Shown in pieces: positions 39,056 to 48,241 of a DNA stretch of 64,000 nucleotides. Every line of letters begins with the position of its first letter. Position 1 is the first letter of the stretch. The notes below the pieces were generated by a model. That model saw nothing but the letters and a program-made list of their open reading frames with translations, was not told the origin of the DNA and made no database searches. The position numbers and the translations under genes were made by a program. This stretch comes from Pirellulales bacterium (lineage in GTDB: Bacteria; Planctomycetota; Planctomycetia; Pirellulales; JADZDJ01): contig CAVZCV010000013.1 in the NCBI GenBank assembly GCA_963773875.1, positions 82,852-146,851 of the forward strand. The letters are read 5' to 3'.

Positions 39056-42000
39056 ATGCGATTCCGAAATATCACCATCGTCTCGGGCATATTGGCCTTG
39101 AGCACAGTTTTCGTTGCGCTCTCAACATCGATTACAAAATCGGCCGACGAGGGTCCCTTGTTCGGTCAAGCCGGCTCGCCGCCGCCGAATCCCACTCCCG
39201 ACACGAATGACGATACGGCGCCAGGCGCTCAGCAGGGCGCGGAAGTGCAAACACGCGGTCCGGTCCACGAAGCGTTTGCGATGCCGCTAGAGATGGCACC
39301 GCAGCCAGGACCAGTTGTCACAAAGCGTCCGCCCGACCCGATCGAAGAAGTTCCGCCCGATGCCGTACCGGAGGGCGAGAATGTTGTGTGGATCAATGGA
39401 TACTGGGCCTGGGACGATGAACGCGACGATTTCATCTGGATCAGCGGCGTTTATCGAAACATGCCGAAGTATCAAACCTGGGTTGCCGGCTACTGGAGCG
39501 AAGTCCCGGGAGGGTTTCAATGGACCCCGGGTTTTTGGGCAACGGCATCCAAGGGCGAAGTGAATTATGTTCAGCAAGCACCTCCCGAGCCTGTTGATGT
39601 CGCGCCACCGCAATTGCCGGACGACAATCACTTCTGGATTCCAGGGAACTACGTGTATCGCGAAAATCGCTACGTTTGGCAGGCTGGCTATGTAACGGCG
39701 TGCCAGCCAGGTTGGGTTTGGAATCCCGCGCATTGGGTTTGGACTCCCGCAGGTTATGTTTTTGTCGACGGCTTTTGGGATTACCCGCTGGAGCGGCGCG
39801 GCTGCCTGTTTGCGCCGGTGTATTTTGCGCAGCCGGTTTATGTGCAACCTGCTTTCGTTTGGACTCCCAGCGTGCTCATCAACATCGGCACGTTCAACGA
39901 CTGCTTGTTCGCAAGGCCGCGGTTCTGCCATTACTACTATGGCGATTATTTTGCCCCACAATACGCGACGCTTGGTTTCCGTCCGTGGTTTTCCGTGGGT
40001 GTGAACATTGGGGTGCGCGGCCGCGGATTCGGTTACGATCCGTTGTTCGTGTATGCCAACTGGAACAATTCGAGGCGCAATCCGAATTGGCTCGCGCAAA
40101 CACGGCGTCACTTCGATCAGCTACGCGATAACCCGGCCGATCGGCCACCGCGCACGTTTGTCGCCCAAGAACAGCTACTGGCCAAAGGCGGAGCGGGACG
40201 ACGCCCCGATCTAGTGATGGCCGCAACGATCAAACAAGTTGAAAAGAACCCGCGCGATATGGGTGGTGTGAAGATCCATCAAATCTCACAGAGCGATCGT
40301 CAACAATTCATTAAGCAGGCTAATGAGTTCAAACAAGTCAATCACGAGCGCGTCAAACTGGAACGAGACAACGACGCTGTTGGTCGCGGGCCGAGCGGCA
40401 TAGGTGGTGTTGCCGGCGGCGATGCCGACAACAAAAAAGGCGGCAACGGTCGCGGCATCGGATTGGCCGGAAATGGTGGAGCCGGTGGCGATGCGAATAA
40501 GATGAAAACGTTGAAGCTGCCCACCGTTTCACCCACGAAAACGACGCTATCCGGTGGAGCCGGAGCCGGAACCAATACCGATAACAGCGGTCTGAAAGGC
40601 GGAGCGTTAGGCAACGCCAACGGCGCGAACCTGGGCCAAAATGGCGGGCGCAATCGACTGGGCGGAAACACGATGGTCCAAAATCCGAATACAGACGGCG
40701 GTGGCAACAACGACAAAAAGTTCAACGCTCCCGATCTCGGCAACAAGCCAAACCAAACATTTACACCCAAAGGCAATCGTGGAAATCTTTCGCAAGGAGA
40801 CTCCAACGGCGCCGGCGACGATACCAACAAACCGCGCGGCGCGACGGGTCGAACGTTCACAAATTCCCGCGACGGCGGCCTTGGCACCGGCGCGAATCTC
40901 GGTAGCGGTGCAGGCATGAACGGTACCGGCGGGAACGCGAATGCTGGTGGCGGGAATGCAAGACTAGGGGGTGGGACTGCGAACTTTGGCGGTGGAAACC
41001 CCAATGGCATCACGCTGCCGAAAGACAATCCTCGCTTGCTGAATTCGCAAGGCGGAGGCGGCAGCAGCGATTCGGGCGGAGCCAAAATCCGGTCCGGCCA
41101 AAACTTCCAAGGCCCGTCGGGACTGCAAGGCGGATCCAACCTTCAAGGCCAAGGTTCCACGCAGCGAAGCTTTGTTCAGCCTAACAACGGCGCGATGGGA
41201 CGCAGCGGCGCCGGCTTAGGATTCGGCGGCGGGCAAGGCGCAAGTGGAGGCCAAGGTGGAGGTGGCGGCGGACAGCCGATGAAAAATCCACAGCCGCAAC
41301 CTCGTTTCACGGCGCCTCCAGCTGGAGGCGGGGGCGGAGGAGGCGGAGGCGGCGGAGGCGGCGGGCAAAAGCAGGATAAGCAAGATAACGACAAGAAGAA
41401 AACTTCCAGCTTTCAATCACCTCAAACCCAAATCGATTTAATGCCCCAGACGCGCGGCGGGGCCAATGTTCAAGATGCACTCGCCGCCGAGCGGACGGAG
41501 CTCAAGCGCGGAATTTCCTCAGGCATCGGCGATCTCACCAATGAGCGCAGCCTGGGCCACACTGGCGGGCTCAATGTAAAGCAACTCGCTTCCGACACCG
41601 CGGCGGTTGACCCCAATCCAATCGACGTCAGTCGGCAATCATCGGGAGGTGCTACAGCCAGCTCGCTTAAACCGCTCACCGATCCGCGGCTGTCGATGGA
41701 AGCAGATCGAGCACAGAAAGGTCCCGACGCGCCGACGAATCCGGTGGAGAAATCGCGATTGACAGCCGTTAATCCGCTCGTCAATCGTGGTCCGCTCAGC
41801 GCCGATGGCAAATCGAAAACGGGCCAGAACGTTGTGCAGGGGCAAGCTAACGGCGGGCAGGCCGGGAAAAACAGCAACAACGATGGCGGATATACCACTC
41901 GTCCCGGCCTTGATCCGCGAGCGGCCAACAGCAATTTGCCGTCGAACTACAACTATGAAAATATGATGAAGCGGGGGCAAGCACTGAGCCTCAATTCCGG

Positions 42001-42307
42001 CCTGGTCGCCAACCGCGGCGGCGATGCAAGTACAGGTGGCGCAACTCCGCGGCTTAACAAAGATCCGGCCGGCTCTTTCGGGCTGGGTAGTTCAACAGGT
42101 CGATCGATGTATGGTCCCGGTGGTCTTGCAGGTCCTTCCACGGGCGCAAGCGGTGCGGCCAGTGAACGCGGCGTGGGCAGCTACATCAACGACGGATTGC
42201 CGAAGATGCAGAAGTTCCAAAGCGGCGGCGGTTACAACACTAGCAGCACGGCTCGTCCTCTAAGCACGCCGGAATCGCGAACCTACGATCCGCGCACGCC
42301 ACAATAG
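39056..42307 (+). CDS. secreted YXWGXW/WxxGxW-repeat protein with ~650-aa Gly/Asn/Ser-rich low-complexity tail
   Basis: ATG 39056 after caggag. Signal/TM segment MRFRNITIVSGILALSTVFVALS. Repeats WINGYWAWD, WISGVY, WVAGYWSE, WTPGFW, WIPGNYVY, WQAGYV, FVDGFWDYP. Tail from ~40350 with a Gly14 run at ~41324-41365. Confidence 0.85.
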   Translation: MRFRNITIVSGILALSTVFVALSTSITKSADEGPLFGQAGSPPPNPTPDTNDDTAPGAQQGAEVQTRGPVHEAFAMPLEMAPQPGPVVTKRPPDPIEEVPPDAVPEGENVVWINGYWAWDDERDDFIWISGVYRNMPKYQTWVAGYWSEVPGGFQWTPGFWATASKGEVNYVQQAPPEPVDVAPPQLPDDNHFWIPGNYVYRENRYVWQAGYVTACQPGWVWNPAHWVWTPAGYVFVDGFWDYPLERRGCLFAPVYFAQPVYVQPAFVWTPSVLINIGTFNDCLFARPRFCHYYYGDYFAPQYATLGFRPWFSVGVNIGVRGRGFGYDPLFVYANWNNSRRNPNWLAQTRRHFDQLRDNPADRPPRTFVAQEQLLAKGGAGRRPDLVMAATIKQVEKNPRDMGGVKIHQISQSDRQQFIKQANEFKQVNHERVKLERDNDAVGRGPSGIGGVAGGDADNKKGGNGRGIGLAGNGGAGGDANKMKTLKLPTVSPTKTTLSGGAGAGTNTDNSGLKGGALGNANGANLGQNGGRNRLGGNTMVQNPNTDGGGNNDKKFNAPDLGNKPNQTFTPKGNRGNLSQGDSNGAGDDTNKPRGATGRTFTNSRDGGLGTGANLGSGAGMNGTGGNANAGGGNARLGGGTANFGGGNPNGITLPKDNPRLLNSQGGGGSSDSGGAKIRSGQNFQGPSGLQGGSNLQGQGSTQRSFVQPNNGAMGRSGAGLGFGGGQGASGGQGGGGGGQPMKNPQPQPRFTAPPAGGGGGGGGGGGGGGQKQDKQDNDKKKTSSFQSPQTQIDLMPQTRGGANVQDALAAERTELKRGISSGIGDLTNERSLGHTGGLNVKQLASDTAAVDPNPIDVSRQSSGGATASSLKPLTDPRLSMEADRAQKGPDAPTNPVEKSRLTAVNPLVNRGPLSADGKSKTGQNVVQGQANGGQAGKNSNNDGGYTTRPGLDPRAANSNLPSNYNYENMMKRGQALSLNSGLVANRGGDASTGGATPRLNKDPAGSFGLGSSTGRSMYGPGGLAGPSTGASGAASERGVGSYINDGLPKMQKFQSGGGYNTSSTARPLSTPESRTYDPRTPQ

Positions 42308-42346
42308 CTCATTTTACCGCAGTCAATAATTAGCGCGAGGTCGTGA

Positions 42347-43255
42347 TCATCGGACTTTCCCCGCGCTATCCAGCAAGTTTTCGACCAACACTTTTAGCCG
42401 CGAGCGATCGACGTTCTGGCTCTCGCTTTGCGGCTGTCGTCCACGACCTGTCTTGATTCCCCGCAATTCCACGCCGGCGCGGAAGCCCTCGGGAAAATCG
42501 GCGTCGTAGAGCAATGCATCGAACAGATCGAGCATTTTCAATTGCAGCGCGCGAGCGTCGCCAAATCGTCCGGCTCTCACGAGATCGAAAATTTGCCGCG
42601 TAACTTCCGGCACCACGTTGCTAATGGCATTCGTGCCGCCTTGGCACCCCATCATCAGCATCGGCACGAGCGCCGCTTCCCAGCCCGTAAGGAAAACAAA
42701 GTCTGGCCGCATGGGTTGAATGGCCGCCATCATTCGCAGCATGAAAGCGATGTCGCCCGACGAATCTTTGATGCCAATAATCCGCGGGAATTCCGCCAGG
42801 CGTCGAATGGTTGGCACATCGATCGGGCTGGCGAACATCGGAATGTTATAGAGCGTCACATCGATGTGCGTGTTTCTGGCGATCTCGCTGAAGTACGCAT
42901 ATACAGATTCCGCGCTCATCTTGTAATAAAACGGCGAGACAATTGCCACGGCCCGTGCGCCAAACTGCAGATATGCCTCGCATGCGCGCAGGGTTTCGCG
43001 CACATTGGCTTCGGCCGCGCCGGCTAGAACTGGCACGCGGCCGTTAACTTGCTGGCAAACGATTTTGATGATTCGGCGGCGTTCATCCGCAGTGAACCGC
43101 GTGAATTCGCTCGTCGAACCGTTGGGATACAATCCATGCACGCCGCGTTCAATGAGCCAATCGACAAAGCGGCGCAGTTCGGGTTCATTGATTTCGCCCG
43201 CGCTATCCAACGGAACAATAATCGGCGTAAAAATGCCTTCGATTGCGGTTGTCAC
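42347..43255 (-). CDS. dihydrodipicolinate synthase / N-acetylneuraminate lyase family protein
   Basis: …[44 protein letters not shown]… [10 protein letters not shown] (Schiff-base Lys). GTG 43255 preferred; the ORF is open to ATG 43312, which would overlap the upstream gene. Confidence 0.82.
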   Translation of the reverse strand: MTTAIEGIFTPIIVPLDSAGEINEPELRRFVDWLIERGVHGLYPNGSTSEFTRFTADERRRIIKIVCQQVNGRVPVLAGAAEANVRETLRACEAYLQFGARAVAIVSPFYYKMSAESVYAYFSEIARNTHIDVTLYNIPMFASPIDVPTIRRLAEFPRIIGIKDSSGDIAFMLRMMAAIQPMRPDFVFLTGWEAALVPMLMMGCQGGTNAISNVVPEVTRQIFDLVRAGRFGDARALQLKMLDLFDALLYDADFPEGFRAGVELRGIKTGRGRQPQSESQNVDRSRLKVLVENLLDSAGKVR

Positions 43256-43284
43256 CGTTCGCCTCTTAAATTGTTCGCTTGCAG

Positions 43285-44034
43285 TTACCCTTCGATGCCC
43301 AAATCCTTCCACGCTTCCGGCAGTGGTGCGACAAATTCCATCGGTTCCTGCGATCCCAGTGGAATGAAAGCCAACTTCCGTGCGTGCAAGGCAATAGATT
43401 GCAAGCGAGGATCAGGGAACTGTGGTCCAAAGGGCACGGTGCTGTTGTATAAAATGTCACCAACAATTGGCATCCCTCGACTCGCCGCTTGCAGCCGGAT
43501 TTGATGCATTCGGCCTGTGCCTAGTTCAATTTCCAATAGCGAGCCGTACGGCGTGCTGCAAAGGGTGCGGTAATCGAGCGTGGCGCGCTGAGCGTCCGAA
43601 TGACCTTCGATAACAATTTCTGCCTGAGCTTCATCTGGAATCTTGCGCATGAAATCGGTCCAAGTTCCCGCTCCCGGTTCGACGTCGCCGCCAATCAATG
43701 CCCAATACACTTTCCGCACAGTTCTGCGTTCGAACTGCAAGGAGATTTTGCGGGCCGCTTTCTTCGTTTTGGCCAGCACGATGGCGCCCGAAACTGGCCG
43801 ATCCAAGCGATGCGGCAAGCCGAGATAAACCGCCGGCGCTTCGCCGCTGGGATCGCTCTGCCAGAACTTCATATCGGCGTTGACGATCTGTTGAAGATAC
43901 GCCCGCACGCGCAGCTCCAGTGAATCGATTGTACGCGGCGCTTGCGTCGATAAACCGGCTGGCTTGTTCATGACCAGGAAGTCATCGTTCTCGTAGAGGA
44001 TTTCAAGCGCGGGCAGCATTGGGGAATCGCACAT
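43285..44034 (-). CDS. RluA-family pseudouridine synthase
   Basis: …[13 protein letters not shown]… [18 protein letters not shown]… [13 protein letters not shown]… ATG 44034 or 44019; the ORF's 5' extension to 44076 runs through the terminator palindrome and is rejected. Confidence 0.85.
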   Translation of the reverse strand: MCDSPMLPALEILYENDDFLVMNKPAGLSTQAPRTIDSLELRVRAYLQQIVNADMKFWQSDPSGEAPAVYLGLPHRLDRPVSGAIVLAKTKKAARKISLQFERRTVRKVYWALIGGDVEPGAGTWTDFMRKIPDEAQAEIVIEGHSDAQRATLDYRTLCSTPYGSLLEIELGTGRMHQIRLQAASRGMPIVGDILYNSTVPFGPQFPDPRLQSIALHARKLAFIPLGSQEPMEFVAPLPEAWKDLGIEG

Positions 44035-44059
44035 CAATTCAATAATTAACAAATAAAAA

Positions 44060-44087
44060 AAGCCCAGGGGTTGCAACCCCTGGGCTT
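44060..44087 (-). terminator. palindromic hairpin terminator (28-nt perfect palindrome)
   Basis: aagcccaggggttgcaacccctgggctt. On the minus strand it is followed by ttttttattt, 20 nt downstream of the Gfo/Idh/MocA stop (44108). An identical 28-mer occurs at 55676. Confidence 0.8.
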
Positions 44088-44107
44088 CAAATTGATTTTA
44101 GTTGGAA

Positions 44108-45601
44108 CTACACCTGGCTCGCTGTCGGCACTTCAAAGCCCTTGCGGTATTCTCGCGAGAGCATGTCGTTCGCCTTCGAATTGCCGGAGAACGAAACGGC
44201 CTTGGGGTCGAACTTCAAGAACTCGCCACATTGGAACTGGGTCTTGTCGTCGAGCTTGACTTTATTCGACTCCAAGTGCTCCACCGTTCGATCGAGCGTC
44301 TTCTGCGGATCGTCAGCCATCTTCACGCCCTTGAGCCGATCGGCAACATCCTTTGTCGCCATTTTGCTCCCCAAGCGATAGCTGATGTTGCCCAAGTGGC
44401 AAAGCGCACTGCTGAGGAAACCTTCTTGAATATCGGCATTCAAATCTTCCTTCTTCCGGCTGCGCACGGCCTTGATAAAGTTGCCGAAGTGATCGCCGCC
44501 GCCTTCGAAACTCTTGATGAGCTTGCCGTCTTTATCGAATGCTTTGCCGGACGTGTAGCTTGTCAGTACGAGATAGCCGTCGGCACATTCGAAAATATTG
44601 CCGACTTTGGCTCCCTTGAGCGCATCGGTCGCCAGGCCGCGCAGTTTCAAAGACGAGTGTCTTTGGACCGTAATCGAACACGCATACTTCGGTGTTCGCC
44701 GTTTGGCCCGCATCTTCGTATCCGAAACGGCCGCCATAGGTGATGACGCCATTGGCGAGCTCGTTGACGCCCAATCCCCAACGGGCAATGTCCATTTGGT
44801 GGATGCCTTGATTGCCGAGATCGCCGTTTCCGGTTTCCCACATCCAGTGCCAATCGTAATGCACCGGTGTGTCTTTCTTGACCCGGGATACGGCGACTTG
44901 CCATCATGATTCGGCGCCGGGCCGCACCACAGATCGTAATCGATATTCGCTGGTACCTCGTACCAGCCGGCTTTGGGCCGATGGAATCGCGACCTTTGTA
45001 GCACAAGTCCACGCGCCACCTTGATCTCGCCAATTTTTCCGGAGCGCAGGAACTCCATTGCTTCCAGGTTCGCCTTGTGCGAACGGCACTGCGTGCCGGT
45101 TTGGCAAATTTTGTTGTACTTGCGGGCGGTCTCCACCATCCGCTGCCCTTCGCTGATGTTGTGGCAAACCGGTTTTTCCACATACACATCTTTGCCGGCC
45201 TTCATCGCCCAAATGGCGGCCAACGCGTGCCAGTGATTCGGCATGGCAATGCTGACGCAGTCGACCGACTTGTCTTCGAGCGCCTTGCGAATGTCTTGAT
45301 AGAATGTCGGACGTCGTCCGCCTTGTTTCTTGGCGGTTTCATCGCAGCGTTTTTCGCCGACATCTTTATCGGCATCGCAAATCGCCACGACTTCCGTATC
45401 GGTCTTGCCGGCAAATCCGCCCAAGTGCGAAGTGCCACGATCGTGCACGCCGCAAACCAACACGCCCAGTTTGTCGTTCGCGCTCTTGGTGACCGTTTCG
45501 CCCGTTGCAGCAAACAGTTTCGGCGCCGAGCCCGCCGTGGCAGCAACCGCGGCCGCCAACATGGAATCCGTCAAAAATTGACGACGAGAGAAATCCGACA
45601 T
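44108..45601 (-). CDS. Tat-signal Gfo/Idh/MocA-family oxidoreductase; about four frame breaks
   Basis: MSDFSRRQFLTDSMLAAAVAATAGS (twin-arginine). Rossmann part intact. The centre reads correctly only in ORF 44532..44864 (HYDWHWMWETGNGDLGNQGIHQMDIARWGLG…VFDYGPKTLVFET), returning to the main frame at ~44640. A further short out-of-frame stretch lies at ~44966-45007. Confidence 0.85.
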   Translation of the reverse strand: MSDFSRRQFLTDSMLAAAVAATAGSAPKLFAATGETVTKSANDKLGVLVCGVHDRGTSHLGGFAGKTDTEVVAICDADKDVGEKRCDETAKKQGGRRPTFYQDIRKALEDKSVDCVSIAMPNHWHALAAIWAMKAGKDVYVEKPVCHNISEGQRMVETARKYNKICQTGTQCRSHKANLEAMEFLRSGKIGEIKVARGLVLQRSRFHRPKAGWYEVPANIDYDLWCGPAPNHDGKSPYPGSRKTHRCITIGTGCGKPETAISAIKASTKWTLPVGDWASTSSPMASSPMAAVSDTKMRAKRRTPKYACSITVQRHSSLKLRGLATDALKGAKVGNIFECADGYLVLTSYTSGKAFDKDGKLIKSFEGGGDHFGNFIKAVRSRKKEDLNADIQEGFLSSALCHLGNISYRLGSKMATKDVADRLKGVKMADDPQKTLDRTVEHLESNKVKLDDKTQFQCGEFLKFDPKAVSFSGNSKANDMLSREYRKGFEVPTASQV

Positions 45602-45780
45602 AACGGTAGCTCCTTTTCCCCAAATAGAAATTCGTATGGCAGGTGTACCCCGACCTTAGCGACAGAGCCGTCGCCCCCCGGGGAGGCAGGCATTCGAGAC
45701 CTGTAGCATAGCCGAGGATGGCGCGTTTATCCAGCAAGTGGCGAAAAAACGCCGACCCACCGTCGGCTGTAAAAAACTGG

Positions 45781-46575
45781 TCACCCGTAACGTCGAAGAA
45801 CGTGGTCAAACAGCCCGGGGAACAGCCGGCTTAGTCGCACGAACCAGCGGGCGCGCAATCCTGGAATCAGTTCGCGGCGGCCGGAGTCAATGGCTCGCAC
45901 AATTCGCTGTGCGGCCCCATCGGAGGGCATCGCCATGCGAGTGGTCCACGGCAAATCTCCCCGTTGCTCAACGAGATGATCCCAAAAATCGGTCTTCGTC
46001 GGGCCAGGGCTGATCAGCAGCACATCGATCCCTTGCGGGGCAAGTTCCACGCGAATCGATTCGTTCCACCCGCGCAGGGCGAATTTGCTTGCGCAGTAGG
46101 CGCTATTTTGCGGCGTAGCCCGATGGCCGAGAATTGAGCCGATATTGACGATGATGGGCTGCCGGCCGGCTTTTAACAACGGCAGCGCGGCGCGAGTCAG
46201 TTCGATCGGGGCGAAGAAATTGGTCTCGAGCACCTCGCGAAATCGCTGGGAGATTCGACTCATCGAATCGACCGATCGCTCCGACGCCCGCATTGTTGAC
46301 AAGAATATCGAGCCCACCGAAAGCCGAGTTTGCGGCATCGATCAAGACCTGCCGCGCTGTCGGGACTCGTAACATCGCCTACAACAATTTCGACGCGGCC
46401 GGCCTTATTGCCAAGTCGTGCTATCTCGTCGGCAACGTCACGGAGTTTCTGCTCGCGGCGCGCGAACAAAACGACGGCTGCCCCTTGACTGCGCCAATTC
46501 GATCGAAATTGCACGCCCAAGTCCGCCGGAAGCGCCGGTAATCAGCGCACGAGATCCGGCGATCGAACGGCGCAT
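45781..46575 (-). pseudogene. short-chain dehydrogenase/reductase (SDR) with three frame breaks in ~800 nt
   Basis: Four pieces in three frames: MRRSIAGSRALITGASGGLGRAISIELAQ (ATG 46575) / QGAAVVLFARREQKLRDVADEI…VVGDVTSP / TARQVLIDAANSAFGGLDILVNNAGVGAIGRFDES / …FREVLETNFFAP…SAYCASKFALRGW… to 45781. TGxxxGxG, NNAG and YxxxK motifs are all present. Confidence 0.8.
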
Positions 46576-46622
46576 CAATTCACCGCGTGTGGATTCGCGT
46601 GAAATTCAAGATAGCAAACAAA

Positions 46623-48056
46623 TCAAGATCCGATCGCATGGCCATTACGGCTCGCGTGCCCATTGCCGTTCATGTTCCCGTTGCTGTGCGGACGGACAAT
46701 TGCAGTTTGATCTGGCAAGCGACCAAGATGACGCTGCGAGATGCGGCAATGAATCATCACGCGCGATTCGCTGTATCGCTGCGACAACACTTCACCGTAC
46801 GCCGAAAGGTACGCCAGCAAGCGGCCGTTGTCGACGCCCGTTTCCACATCGATATCGACGAATCCGTGGCTCAGCGTGCGGCTCACCGTGTCGGCCAGCT
46901 TTTCGAGTCCGAGTCGCTTGCGCGCACTGATCGCCACCGCGTGCGGATATCGTTGCAACAACACTTCGACTTGCCCGCGGTCAACGGCGGCGTCAATCTT
47001 GTTGAGCACCAGCAGCGTGTCCTTCGCTTCGATGCCGAGTTCTTCGAGCACCTTGTACACCGCGCCAATCTGCTCGACGGCCATCGGGCTGCTCGCGTCG
47101 GCCACGTGCAGCAGCAAATCGGCTTGCCGCGCTTCTTCGAGCGTCGCCTTAAAACTCGCGATCAAATGGTGGGGCAAATCGCGAATGAATCCGACCGTGT
47201 CGCTCAACAGCACGGGCCCCCAACCGGGCAACTGCCAGCGGCGAGTGCGCGTATCGAGTGTCGCAAACAATTTATTGATCGCGGTAACGCCAGCTTCGGT
47301 GAGCGCGTTCATGAGCGTGCTCTTGCCGGCGTTGGTATAGCCGACAAGCGAAACGGTCATACGATCGTCGCGCGCCGCCACTTGGCGTTCCTTGCGGCGA
47401 TGAATGCCCTTTAGCTCCTCGCTCAAATCGTGAATGCGCTTCTCGACCAATCGGCGGTCGACTTCCAATTGCTTTTCGCCAGGCCCGCGCATGCCGATGC
47501 CGGCTTTGATACGCGACAAGTGCGACCACATACGTTTCAGTCGCGGCAACGAGTATTGCAGTTGGGCCAGTTCAACGGCCAATCGGGCTTCGTAGGTTTG
47601 CGCCCGCGTGGCAAAGATATCGAGAATCAATTCGCTCCGGTCCAGCACCTTCACACCGATGCGCTGCTCAAGATTTCGCGTTTGAGCCGGCGAAAGGTCG
47701 TTGTCGAAGACCACCACATCGGCGTCCGATGCGGCGGCCAGGCGCTCAAGCTCTTCCACTTTGCCACTGCCAAGATAAGTGGTCACGTCGGGCGATTCCC
47801 GGCGCTGCGTGAGCGTGCCGACCACTCGGGCTCCGGCCGTCGTGGCCAGCCCTTCCAGTTCTTCGAGAGGGTTTTCTTCGGTTGAGCGTCCATTCATCAG
47901 GACGCCGACGAGAAACGCCGCTTCACTGGCGACACTGTCCGTGCGTTGAAGTTCAATCACGCTTAAATCTGCCTCCGCGGATGGGGTGCATTCTTCCGCG
48001 AGGCCGCGACGTTCTTCTCGGCACGCAGCTTGCGTGTTTTGCGATCCAGTCATCAA
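46623..48056 (-). CDS. hflX: GTPase HflX
   Basis: 477 aa, intact. …SGKVEELERL…LDRSELILDIFATRAQTYEARLAVELAQLQY… GYTNAGKSTLMNALT … DTVGFI … NKID. Confidence 0.93.
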   Translation of the reverse strand: MMTGSQNTQAACREERRGLAEECTPSAEADLSVIELQRTDSVASEAAFLVGVLMNGRSTEENPLEELEGLATTAGARVVGTLTQRRESPDVTTYLGSGKVEELERLAAASDADVVVFDNDLSPAQTRNLEQRIGVKVLDRSELILDIFATRAQTYEARLAVELAQLQYSLPRLKRMWSHLSRIKAGIGMRGPGEKQLEVDRRLVEKRIHDLSEELKGIHRRKERQVAARDDRMTVSLVGYTNAGKSTLMNALTEAGVTAINKLFATLDTRTRRWQLPGWGPVLLSDTVGFIRDLPHHLIASFKATLEEARQADLLLHVADASSPMAVEQIGAVYKVLEELGIEAKDTLLVLNKIDAAVDRGQVEVLLQRYPHAVAISARKRLGLEKLADTVSRTLSHGFVDIDVETGVDNGRLLAYLSAYGEVLSQRYSESRVMIHCRISQRHLGRLPDQTAIVRPHSNGNMNGNGHASRNGHAIGS

Positions 48057-48241
48057 GCCTCGTGGAATGGTTAAGACGACAATTTCTTGGGCCGCAGGGT
48101 TCGACCCGCGGCCGTCACCTTTATTTTAATCGGCAAATTCGCCGGTCAAGAAGATATTATTCAGAACCGACCCGATTGTTTGATTTGAGTTCAGCCCGTG
48201 CGGACCATCAATTTGCTGACAGGCTAAGCGGCGAGTGGCAT

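Noticed and set aside
41324-41365. (GGN)14 run, as a possible microsatellite or non-coding repeat
   Set aside because: It lies in frame inside an intact 3.25-kb ORF, uses mixed Gly codons, and sits in a region of extended Gly/Asn bias. It is coding low-complexity sequence, not a separate element.
44071-44259. ORFs starting MQPLGF… on both strands at 44071 (+) and 44076 (-)
   Set aside because: Both start codons lie inside the 28-nt perfect palindrome, which reads the same on both strands. The RluA-family gene more plausibly starts at 44034 or 44019.
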